From contig NEEC01000013.1 of assembly GCA_002189035.1 (NCBI GenBank), positions 2,914,001 through 2,978,000 on the forward strand: DNA of 64,000 nucleotides. Reading direction: 5' to 3'. Both the position numbers and the translations under genes were made by a program. The notes under the pieces are model-generated. The model was not told the origin of the DNA, did no database searches, and worked only from the letters and a program-made list of their open reading frames with translations. Positions 14,027 through 29,687 of this stretch are shown piece by piece. Numbering within the stretch: the stretch's first letter is position 1; each line of letters begins with the position of its first letter. This stretch comes from Utricularia gibba. Taxonomy: Eukaryota; Plantae; Magnoliophyta.

Positions 14027-14461
14027 TCAGCGCTTCTTCCCACCCCAGGCAAGTATCTCTGTTACTGCTGCTGCTACTCTTTCCCCCGTAGGCCGTACAT
14101 AATCCACTACCGTTGCGGAAACCAGCTTTGTTCGATGCTGATTCGGGTGAACTTGGACTGCGATGGCTGCTGCAAGAAGATGAGACGGATCATACTCAAG
14201 ATGAAAGGTGAGAAAAGCCCTTGACAGCCTGCTTGCAGCTTCGATCTTAAAGGGTGAAGCCGTGTGCATGAAAATGGTGCAGATATAGAGACGCATTCCA
14301 TAGAGAAGCAGGCGAACAGGGTCAGCCTCACCGGAAGATTCTTGCCCGCGGAGGTCGCTATAAGAATAAAGAAGAAGATGAAGCGAAGGGTGGAGATTCT
14401 CGATGTGCAAGACCTCATCGCGAATGAGTCGTAGAATCACTTGAGAAATTGGCTCAATCAA
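14027..14461 (-). other. Unassigned 144-codon open frame in a GC-richer island; possible transposon relic or orphan
   Basis: Open frame starts at TTG with no clear ATG, flanked by AT-rich DNA; G7-TGGT-G7 tract downstream on the same strand (13884-13901). No motif recognised. Confidence 0.2.
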
Positions 14462-14841
14462 AATATTATTAACAATTATTTGATATAATAGTTTAATTCA
14501 TACTTTATTTAATATAAATATTAATTGTTAATATACTTTTACCGTTGTATTTTAATTGTTAATTGAATATGATTTTATTAAGAAGAATTTTCGAGTAATG
14601 ATGAGTTCTGTTATACCCTTTTTGGTGGGGGGGATATACAATAAAACAATAACGTGCGGGCAGTTACGAAAACTATGGAAATTGTGGGGCTAAAATGGAA
14701 TACACTAAAAACGTCTACCTCGCGATTATAAGAGCCACGCCACGCGTAAATCTTCACGGTTAACTATCGAAGAACCCTAGCCCTCTGGAGTTCTTCGATA
14801 TTTCGTTATCTGGAATTCGAATTCGAAATTGAACTCAGCCG

Positions 14842-19127
<4,286 letters not shown>

Positions 19128-20148
19128 ACAGTGATGTTGATTCTGACTACAGAACTGCTTGCTGTTGCATTAGATACGTGTAAATTTTTGGTGCCAACTG
19201 AACTGTGATAGTCTGTCTAATGCATGCCCATTTATCTTTGTCTTCCTCTTTCTGGAGCATGTGTTCAAGGGCATTGATTGCGGCCTTGATGAACTCCATC
19301 ATGGGGACAGCCAGCCTTTTACTGGGAGTCCTCCCGTGGATTGAGCTGAGCGGTCAGGTCAAAACAAGTGTTTTTGTAATGTAGCAATGGAGAAGGTAAC
19401 GTCTCTTCTTCTCTAGGCATTAGTTATCCATGCAATATGTGTGCGCAGGGTTGTGGCAACAGCCACAGTCCGGTCTACCGGAGATGTTCTCGGTGGCGGC
19501 GGGCCAGAGGTGTTATTGTTGATTGAAGTCGGCGTCCCCGCCAGGTAATATGTCCCTTGAGTTGTCCTCCCCGCCAACCCTTGTTCGCTATTTGTTAATA
19601 TCTGGGGATGACGACGACCCTTTTAATTTCACACTCATGACTGTTGTGGTAACAAAACGTTAGTGGACAGGTCAAACGCATGTGCTTAGAGGCCCATTGG
19701 AGCAGCCCGTTTACATGTGCGCGTAAACCCAGTGGCTGCGCCTCATGCTACCAACACCCTTTTTTAAGGCCCAGCCACTTCCTACACTCCACGATGAGGC
19801 GGTATGATGCCGCTATGTTGCGCCTGGGTCGTCTGATGTTCTCAGTTGATGGGCCTGGTCTTAGTAACCCTATCTGGCCTGTGAGACTTTGTGGCGTGAC
19901 TTGACTCTTGTTGACTGGTCTAGATTTCTCCGGATCAACTTGTTCTTAGAAGCCTACGCCACGCGTTACGTACCAAAGGAGAGAAGTACTCGATCCGGGT
20001 CAACAACACTCAAGTCCCGTTTGGCTCCCGAGTCCCGCGTCAAGCAATAAAATTCAATCCGCGTCTGTGTGGCTTTTAGCTCAATCTCACCTTACTTAAA
20101 TATCCCCCCCCAACACCACCTTGCAATCAACCAAGACACAACACCAAC

Positions 20149-20595
20149 ATGAATTTCAACCTCTCGAGCCACCAAGCCTCGTGGATGAATCCTCATGAAC
20201 AAGAAGCATCATCTTCTTCTTCTTCTTCCTCCTCCTCTTGGGAGTGCGAAGATGATGCCTTCTACTGGGAGATCAGGAAGCAAATCTTGCTGCTAACAGA
20301 AGATGAAGAAGACGTTGCTGATGCACCCAGAGTTAGTACTGAAACAAGGTATTACGGATGGAAACCGGAGCCACTGTTAGGAGCGCCGATGAGCTTGCAG
20401 AGAACAGGGAACGGAACAGGTGTGTTCATCCCTCAGACACTCCAGTCCAAAACAAGAAACAGACCAGGTGAGTTTTGCTGCTTTGTTCATCACGCCAAGT
20501 GAGGCGCATATATTTATTCTGTTCTCAAACAGAAGCTTTTGCTGTCTGCAGGCAGGAAAAATCGACGACAGAGAAAACAGAAGCTCCAGATTTGA
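20149..20595 (+). CDS. Small uncharacterised plant protein with FYxEIRKQILLLT and GTGVFIP motifs
   Basis: ATG at 20149; exon 1 ends 20467 (CCAG|GTGAGT); exon 2 from 20552 gives GRKNRRQRKQKLQI stop. The motifs match an uncharacterised angiosperm family recalled from memory. Confidence 0.7.
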
Positions 20596-20952
20596 ACAGA
20601 TAAAATGAATAAATCATGCTCTTGTATAGGCAGAGCACGGGCAGGCATCGCATGAAGAAGAAAATTCAGAAGCTCAAGTTTGAATCTAATAAATGATGGC
20701 TGTATATGATCAAGAGTTTGTTTTCCATTCCGTGAAATAAAAATGCTCTTTAATAATGTATCTTGCACCACGGGGTCATGCGAATATGTAGAAGTAAATG
20801 AAATAATATGAGATCAGTCGTTCCAATTGAAGAGCTAAGACTGCATAATCATGATGTCAATTCAAGCACAGCGACGCCTCATCCATTTTCTCATGCGAAA
20901 TAGAGGAAAAAGATGTACTTACGCCAATGGAGCCGGTTAGATGGACCCTCTT

Positions 20953-23416
20953 TCAGGTTTCCTTGGGGCGAGCCAGCCACAATGAATTCAATGCGCAGAG
21001 CCTGGCCCTGTAATCACTAATGGCAAGAAGGGCCTTGGCCGCTTGACTGGCGGTGAGCAATCTTTGCAGCTGCTGCAAAGTCTGCTGTCTGAGGAGGTCA
21101 GCCTGATAAAGGAAATTTTCCAAAGCGGCAAGCTTGCTCATTGCAATTGCCATTTGTTCCATGTAAGCATCTATGTTTTCGGGGTTGTGCATCGAAACAG
21201 TGTGGGACGATAGGGTATCAACAAGCGACTGGTGCAAAGCTTCCATTCCTTGGGAGAGAGCATCCTCAGCCTGCTGGGATGATTGCTGCAAATTACAAAT
21301 TCCCACCAGCTGTTGCCCTGTCAAGGGTTCAATTTGGTTTGCAAGAATCTGCAATACGTTGGACTTTAGAGTGTATGCATAGAACATGGAGACCAGGATG
21401 GAGTGGAGTATGAAAACACACCTTCAGAACATCTGAGCAGCGAAATCCACCCAACCACAAAAAGTATCTTTCTGCGGGACTCTTCCACATCCCAGAAAGC
21501 ATGTGAAATACATTTGATTTTGCACCGATCCTCTTCATTTGGAATACTTCGTCGTAATGGGAAACAATGCAATCCACGAGAAGTTGGAGTTCACTTTCTC
21601 CCGCCTGAGAGTTGACCATTGCTCGTAGATCACTGATCAGCCGTTGATGTTCATCAAGCCATCTTGCGTAGCTGAGGTCAAATGCTGAATCACCTGCTGA
21701 TCCTTAAATTCAGTATCTGATCAATGACGGCGTTTAATAAAAACACCAGCATAATGCAGGGCTTCACTCACCAGTTCCCGCAACGGATTGATAGACATCT
21801 GAAACCCCGGTTCCATTAAGGGGAACCTATATCTCATAACATATTAACATTCAAACCAAAACATTCCACATTCAATCATCATCAACAAGAACTTTAACCT
21901 ACGAAAAAGGATATCTGAATACAAACGGAAAATTTAACTGAAAACAAGCATCACCTGGGGACGTGCATTTTTCAGTTCTTGCTCCAAATGAGCTAGCTTC
22001 AGACGACTGTTCTCAAGCTGCTGCACATATGCCTGCAAGGAAGGACGAGCTTGTCAAAATCACCTTCGACTTCGACAACAAAAACTATGTCCAATAACAT
22101 GAGCGTCAAAAGTTACTTTTTTCCTCAATCGACTTTTCCTTGCAGCTTCACGATTTTGAGCAAGCCTCCTGAGAGTCTGTAGTTCAGAAATCAACACAAA
22201 CATTATCAGCTACAAGATTTGAGTTCTTGCGGCGTAATTCAAATGTCACAATCAACCTTTTGGTCACAATCATTTCCATGAATTTGATGCATGCCGTCAA
22301 CCATATGCAATCTTTCACGATGTACACTCTTAGGAAACTCAGAATGGTTAGCCTGCTGGCCAGATCGAGCAGATGTGATTGAATGACAAGTGAAAGAAGA
22401 AAACAAGAAAGCAAATAGTTGGAGATAAAGAAGAGATAATAAAAGTAACATGCAAAGCAAAGATTGATAACTAGAAAAACTTTTATTAGAGAGGGGTGAA
22501 ATGAATTCCTCTAATTATGTGAAAGAGGAGGAGGAGACTTTTCGCGGGTGCAGAGAACGTGCTATTAAAGTATAATATGAACGAACCACAATATCCAAAC
22601 AAATATTGTTGCATGTTCTAACGTGAAACGAACAGACATATGAGCAGGCACATGACAAGGAACACCATTACTGTTGAACCTCAAAAATATTGTATGTATC
22701 AGAACAACAATATGACGACTAGACTTCAAGTTTTTTCACCTAAAAATCAAGCTTCTCACGCTTAGAAGATTGTGAAAAGGACCTGGTTCTTTACATCATT
22801 ATCTGTAGAAGTATCGGTTTGTTGACCGTGGTCGGCGGACACTCCAAAGCCAGTCAAATTCTCAAACTGGCCGTTTCCTAGATATCCATTTCCAGTTCCA
22901 ACCACAGAAGAAAACATCTCAGAAGAAGCCATGCCCTGCGACCCCAAGGAAGAAAATGGGAAAAATTAGGAATCTATGCACTAAAACTGGGTATAAAACA
23001 TCAGAAACTCAGTTTAGAGATGAAAGGAGATGCGTGATTGGGACCAACAACTTGTATATTACTCGAAAGAACGTTAGCATTGGTTGCATTCATTCCAGTG
23101 TACACTGCGCCAACCAAGAAAACATGTTAAAATGGTTACTGCTTGTTGAAGACATGAAAACAACGGAAAACACACCTCTGCATAAATCGAAGGCATCATC
23201 TTGGTTAAACCGATTTTCCTTTGACTGCTCAATGTCCGCAAGTTCTACAGAGCGTGCTCCTCCTCCACCACCTCTGTACCATTAACGAAAGAAATAGCAC
23301 AGAGAATTTCGTAATATAGTTGAAGAGCATCACATGTCATGAGTGAAATTGGGCGCGAACCTAAAATAAAATGGAGACCGTGGGAGGCAAAAGAAATCTG
23401 AGTTGTTCAGCGCCAT
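20953..23416 (-). CDS. PAN: TGA-class bZIP transcription factor with DOG1 domain, PERIANTHIA-like
   Basis: Spliced product MALNNSDFF..FYFRGGGG..QQTDTSTD..DQKTLRRLAQNREAARKSRLRKKAYVQQLE..AFDLSYARWLDEH..SGMWKSPAER..LWLARPKET. The N-terminus resembles PAN-type TGAs. One donor near 23035-23050 is ambiguous. Confidence 0.9.
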
Positions 23417-24842
23417 TGGTAGATAGTTGCAGCTGCACCGAAGCAATGCATTTCTACTGCTACCCACAGCTCTGTAACTGAGAGTCAAGACAAGAGGGCG
23501 GAGTGAATGCCATAGAATCAATTAAAAGCAGAAATGACCGCTTGTAGTCAACAAGCAAGGAAAATCTGGGAGATATCTTTGACAGGAGAAAGCGTATAAA
23601 ACAACACTTTTCATTTACCTCATGTAAAATCAATACCCTGGTATAAATACCCCATTAATGTGCCGTACGGACTCATCTCGTCTGCTTAGTAGTTCGCGTG
23701 CGAATCACGTGATAAGTTCAAACGTAAAATTGCAGATCCTAAAAACGTGCATGAACAGGGATACTCTCAGATTCAAACAAGTTTTGGGAAATTTCAGCAA
23801 TCATAATTTTGATTCCATCGCAGCAACAAAACTCAAAAACCTATGCTCACGCCAAAGGTGAAAAGGTGAATACCTGGTGAAAACAAAAATGATGCGATGG
23901 TGATGCGACGCGATCGAATCCGTCGACAACATCTGTAATTCTACGAGAAATTTTCCACTATGAGCAGTGAAAAACAAAAGCGAAATCAAATAAAAATTTT
24001 CGTGGAGTTCGGAAGATCCCATTCCATTCCAACCCCACTGTCCAAGGCGGAGGCATACGGGCCCCGTTCACTGCGGCATCTGATACCGGTCGCCGCCATG
24101 ATTGAGATTCACCATGGAACGCTTGCAGATTACACCACGCAAACGACAAAATCAATTCAAACTTCGCGCGAGACTCACGAAAGCATTTATATCCACCACC
24201 TCTCACATTCCACAATTTCAAAACAAAAAAAAGACCAGGAAATAAAAAATAATGCAATTAGAAAAAGCAAATCACAGTTACCTCCATAAAAATTAAAATA
24301 TAAAACGAACGTAGAAGTTTCTAGAATTATAAATTTAAAAATTGGAAAAGTTTCAACCGCACAGGAGCATGAACAAAAATCTGGCCATTAAAAGGCTATC
24401 TGATTACATCGTTGTACTCGGCCTTAGGCCTGCCATGCCATGGGCCGCGATGGGCTTTACGAAGACGCCTCCCCGTTTCCGTACACCAACGTGTCCAACA
24501 TGTGATGTAGCACCGACATTTAACTATAAATATAAATTATCAACGTATACATGTTTAGTTCTCATTTAAAGGGTGGGGTTGTGTGTGGTACGGCTTTTGT
24601 AGGAGCATGAACATCGAGTCCGATAAATAAAAGGTGCATGAAGATTGTATTGGGTTATCGGGCTCGGGGTAGAAAGAACCCATGTGGGTTAAGAAGAAAT
24701 TAAGCCCGTAGAACCACATCATGTGACGAGAGCGAAGGCGAAACAATTCCTACATTTACAAGGGAGGTTAATTAGTAGATGGAAAATAGGGAGAGGGGGA
24801 AGTAGCTGTTGAGGTCCCGACGAGGACGAGGATGCGACCATT

Positions 24843-26285
24843 TCAGCATTTATTTGGAGAGAACCCAACGAGGGAGTTAACGAGATCGTAACTGACGCGA
24901 GTCCCCTGCTGTTGAACATTGCCGATGATCCCGAGGGCGGAGGACGTGGGGGCGAAGGCGAAGCAGAAAGTTCCGGCGGAGTCTACCGGGATCATGTAAT
25001 TCTTGGCGGGTAACCTCAGTTCGTTCCCGCCAGCGAAATGAAACGACACAGTGGGGACCTCCACGCTCTTCCTGGAGCTCAAATCGTAGCACGTGTCGAA
25101 GAGAGCGACGCCGTTGGCTGACGGCAGATCTCCCGTACCGCTCTTGTACGCGTCGCGCATTGTGTTGTACGCCTGAGTCGGTAGCCTGGTGATGGCGGTG
25201 CCGGAATCGACGATGATTCCGCCGTTACCGTTATCGTTAAGCTGGAACGTCTCAGGCGAAATGGGGAGCATCTCGCCGCCGACGCTTATACCCTTCAAGT
25301 CCACGTAATAGTAAGTGCTCTCCTTGGGATTGCGGACGAGGGGAGCCGTCACGGCATCCGCCGGAATGGCGGAGTTGAAATCAATCGTCGATTCCGCGTC
25401 AGAGTCGCGGTCTACGAGGCAGTAAGAAAACGAGGACGCATTGATCTGCGACGGAAACGAGAGAGGGCCGCCGCCTAACCCGAGTAACCCAGCGGCACCG
25501 GCGAACAGCCCTTCGTTGTTATGCCCGCAACCAATAGCAACATTTTCGACCTTGTCGCCGCTTCCGAAAGTGATCGACTCCGTCGCGAAATCCCCAACGG
25601 TGTACGACCCGTCGCCGTAAGAAACTTCGTACAGACACGTATCGTCGCGACACTCGGACACGTCAAGCGACTGACATTGCGGAGTCTCGCAGGTTAATCG
25701 CGAGAAAGACGACGAGAGACTCGGGTCAAAAATCGGGTCGGCCTGCTGATAACACTCGCTGCACGGAGAACATTGAATCCAGTTCACATCACTCCCCGTG
25801 TCCACAACCAAATACGAAAGCGTCGGCGGATTCCCGATCCCGACACGACAGAAATACTCGCCGCTGCCTTGGCTTGTTCCCGAAGTTAGCGGACCCTCCA
25901 TCCTCTTCATGCTGAATATTCCACCGCCCAACGGCGTTAGATCTGACTTCGTTATGCTTAAACTCGCCAGATCTACACGCGTCTGAATCGCTTGAACACG
26001 ATTCAAATCCCTAGCGATACGAGAAAACATCAAGGCCTTGTAATCGCTGTTCCAAGTCCTCCTGAGAGCGAATCGCGAATGTAATCTGAAACTGAGAGGA
26101 GCAACGCCGTCGTCGTAGTTGGACTCAACCTGCTGTTGACGCATTCCTCCGCCTGGAAAGGTTTTAGAAACGGCGGCGAACACATCAAGGACGGTGGTGG
26201 TGGTAGTGGTGGTGGCGGCGGAGGAGGGAGCGAGGGAGGGCAGAAGGAGCAGGAAAAGTGGGAGAGAAAGGAGAATCTTGGCCAT
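24843..26285 (-). CDS. Secreted A1 aspartic protease (ASPG1-like / nucellin-type), intronless
   Basis: Signal peptide MAKILLSLPLFLLLL from ATG 26285; catalytic motifs VVDTGSD and IVDSGT; GSGEYF; IIGNVQQQG; ends SPNKC. Confidence 0.96.
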   Translation of the reverse strand: MAKILLSLPLFLLLLPSLAPSSAATTTTTTTVLDVFAAVSKTFPGGGMRQQQVESNYDDGVAPLSFRLHSRFALRRTWNSDYKALMFSRIARDLNRVQAIQTRVDLASLSITKSDLTPLGGGIFSMKRMEGPLTSGTSQGSGEYFCRVGIGNPPTLSYLVVDTGSDVNWIQCSPCSECYQQADPIFDPSLSSSFSRLTCETPQCQSLDVSECRDDTCLYEVSYGDGSYTVGDFATESITFGSGDKVENVAIGCGHNNEGLFAGAAGLLGLGGGPLSFPSQINASSFSYCLVDRDSDAESTIDFNSAIPADAVTAPLVRNPKESTYYYVDLKGISVGGEMLPISPETFQLNDNGNGGIIVDSGTAITRLPTQAYNTMRDAYKSGTGDLPSANGVALFDTCYDLSSRKSVEVPTVSFHFAGGNELRLPAKNYMIPVDSAGTFCFAFAPTSSALGIIGNVQQQGTRVSYDLVNSLVGFSPNKC

Positions 26286-28501
26286 GGATGGAGGGAAAGC
26301 GAAGAAAACGGTAAAAGAGGCGGGGAATATAAAGAAGCGAGTGGTGCAGGTGGCGTCGCCGTCAACTGTGGGGGAGGGAGGAGTAGCGCCAGCTTTGAAT
26401 GTGTGCGCTATTTTGTTGGTGACGTTAGAGTTTATCGGCTCAGCTAAATGAGAGGTGGGGCGGCTTGGCGGGGCGGGGTGGGGTGTGCCCCCCCTGCCCG
26501 CCATCAGGTCCCCGTCGGGCTACAAACCTAACAAAACTCTTCAAATTTAAAACCAACTGAAATTAATTAGTTAAAGTGTTTGCTTACACCAAAACTTATT
26601 GCAAATATAAAACACTCTTCAAACTTTATTCTAAATAAAAAATCTCAAAAAGAGCATATTTTCCGCCCAAACATCCGCTACAATGATAATTAAGAAGCTC
26701 AATCATACACCGAACAGTGATTAACAAATCATTAGCTCTGCACTGTCCTTAGCAGCTACTTAATCACTGATTATCGGAAGGGGCCCAGGACCCCAACCAA
26801 CTAAGCTTGGGTTAGCAGTTAGTTGCAATTTTATAATCAAATTATTTTGGAACCTTTACTGGCTTAGTTCTATCAGCTTCCGAGAGAAGGAGGCGCCGGT
26901 GGAATGGATCATTTCTTATGAACGGGCGCACTAATGGAGCCCCAAGACAGAATGAATGTCACATGATGAAAATAATGAACAAAAATAAACATAAACTTGA
27001 TCTTTTTTTTCCAAAATGGAAACATTATGGTATTGATGTTGATGGATATTTCAATCTGCCCTGCCCTGCCCGACCCTCACAAGAATCCCATGCCCATCTT
27101 TCCTTTTCCAAGAAGGTGATGGAATTTACTACCTCCATTCTTGTTCCAACCAAGCACTACCCAAGTAAATCATGTTTCACAGGGGTAATATATATGTAAG
27201 TATGGTAAATGGAAGATTAGAGGCTAGTTAACATAGACTATTGGTAAAATACACTATCTCATATTGTAAAATGAAAATGACATAATTAAGTATATAATAA
27301 ATTATAAATCACAAATAATCAATTGAATTTAATTTTTTCTATTGTGATTTACGTTTCTTATATAATTAGACTTTACATATATTCATCTAATCCATCGGGT
27401 CGTGAATTTCAACAACTAGAAAAAGTAAACTCGTATAAATACACTACAAGAAGCTTCTTTCTGCATCCCCGTCTCTTCTCCATGTATCTCAATAGAGAGA
27501 GAGACGCTCCACTCTCTCTTCATTGGTGCTTCAGCAAGGATTGTCTCTAATAATATTGAGTATGTTCATGAGTTAAGGTAAGCCATGGGGACCATTTGGC
27601 ACGCATGCTTGGCTTGGGTTGGGTGCATTACATGTTGTCAACATTACACGGGCACTTGTCGTGTACCGGGGCTTTGATTCCATGATTAGCCAGCTGTAAC
27701 AACACACATTCATAAATTTAATTTAATATATTCATAAATTCAATTTGTGGCCCCCGGCGTCACAATATACACATTTGTATTTGATTTAGACGGGTTGTGG
27801 CGCATCGTTTTAACCACGGGACACGAATGCGTAGGATTAGTAGGATAAATGCATAAAAAAAATAGAAAAAAAGTTGTCCGAATTGATAGGTGAAAGCCCT
27901 TGCACGTGCATGCTATCCCAATACACCAATTCTTTCAAAAATCGAACACCCAAATGTTATGAGGATGTTGGAGAAAAGGAGAGGTATGATCAATTGAAGC
28001 TCATCGATTTCCAAATCCAGATCGTCAAAAATCAATAAAAGATTTCAAGATTTCGATCGTCAAAAAATAAATCAATATCTTGAAACCTCTAATCGAAATT
28101 GCAGGTGGGGTTAGGGAAGAACATCCCAAGGATATTCCATCTGATCTTACTATTTGGTCCAATTGCAATGAAGGATTTTTATCATATTTTATGTTTTGTG
28201 GAGACCAAGTATGAAAATCTCTCTTCTTGTGATAACAATAAAAATACATGTTTTTAAATATTTTAAAAACTATCGCAATATGATTTTTGTATAATTTAAG
28301 AGTTTTGATTCATAAAATGATAGATTTTTTTTTGTTTTTTGTTAGTGTTGTAAATGCAGAAGTTCACTCTCGATTAACGGAAAGCTAAAGAGACTAACTA
28401 TTTTATATTATTTTTCAGGGAATTCAATTGGATTTATCAAAATTTACACCAGAACTGTAAATACTCCGTTTATTTTCTCAACTGCGGAGGAGAGGAGATG
28501 G

Positions 28502-29687
28502 CTAAACCGAAGCATTCCCATGCGCTGGAGCTCTTTCGCTGGTGCCTTTGCTGTCCGATTCAGGTTCTTGAAATGGGTTAGGGTGTTTAGCCACTGGGGC
28601 GTAAATTTCCGGGCTGGAAACCTCCCCCTCCGACGCAGTCGTACCCATCGCGCTAGGGACCCAGATTCCTCCGACCACAACGAACTGTGGCGTGGCCTCT
28701 GTCATGGCGGGGGTCGCCGGATTCGGAGAAGAGCCCGGTCTGCGCGCGTGCAATCTATATTTCTGCGGAAATACAAAAGTGCGTCTGAGTTTGTGGAATT
28801 TGGAGGTTTGGTTAGGGGACCAGCGGAAACCCGACACCGAACCTGTAAATGGCTTTTAACTTCGTCGTTTGTGAGACCATCCATTTGCATAAGTTCTCTG
28901 ATTTGTTTAGGCGTGGCGCCTGCGGACAATTCAGAGGTCAACCGAGAAGAAAAAGCTGATGGAAAAGGAATTCTTTCCTACTGTATACATACGCTGCGAT
29001 CCGCCGAGCTTCTCAAGGGCATGTAAGAATCTTTCGTGCAACTCCAGCGACCAACATCTTCTCGCTTTTCTCTGTGATTCCTTGTCTTGCTTCTTCCTTG
29101 CACCGCTTGTCTCCACCGTCGAACTGGAGGAGGGGGGAGCAGATTTCATCGGGGTAGAGTCGGTGAAGGGATGAAATGCACACCCATTTCTCTGAACTTC
29201 AATGACGGCTACTCTTCGAGGTGAACTCTGTTCATAAAAAAAAGATTGCCCAGGTGAAAAAAAAGACAACTTTTTTTTTCTGGGACAAAAAAAGGAGATT
29301 TACCAGCTTAGAATTAGAAACGGGATCTGGGTTTTGACTCCACAGCTGAACAGATCTGAGCCAATCCGATTTTCTACTGTTTCCATCTTCATCCTCTTCA
29401 AAAATCCCCTGTTGAGCACAATCAGAGACTCCCTTCACCGGAATAAACTCCTCCAAATCCGGCTCCTCACTACCTGATTTTTCCGAACCGACTAACCCCT
29501 GCTTCCATGACTCAATAGCTACGAAACCGAGAAAAAAAAAATCAAAACCCAGCTCACCAAAAAAATTTTAAAATTCATTCAAATCCCTACTTTGAGTCAC
29601 AAGTTCCAGACAAAGAGGAAGCTCCCTCTGAAAAACTCGAATCTTGCGACGCTCTTCTTCAAGAGCTTCAATATACTCCTCGTTCAT
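28502..29687 (-). CDS. HHO: GARP/G2-like MYB repressor of the HRS1/HHO/NIGT1 family
   Basis: N-terminal [75 protein letters not shown] exons join in frame. Confidence 0.95.

Noticed and set aside
14451-14460. TGATTGAGCC, identical to the first 10 nt of miR171
   Set aside because: The rest of the miRNA and any star arm or hairpin are absent.
19287-19349. TGATGA...CTGA pair resembling a box C/D snoRNA in the PRP4K 3' region
   Set aside because: The box C lacks the leading purine, the terminal stem is poor, and the longest rRNA complementarity I could recognise is about 7 nt.
21906-21914. Perfect U12 donor-like ATATCCTTT (minus strand) inside a PAN-like intron
   Set aside because: It lies within an ordinary GT-AG intron that already joins exons in frame; no upstream exon or U12 branch/AC partner; a 9-mer is expected by chance.
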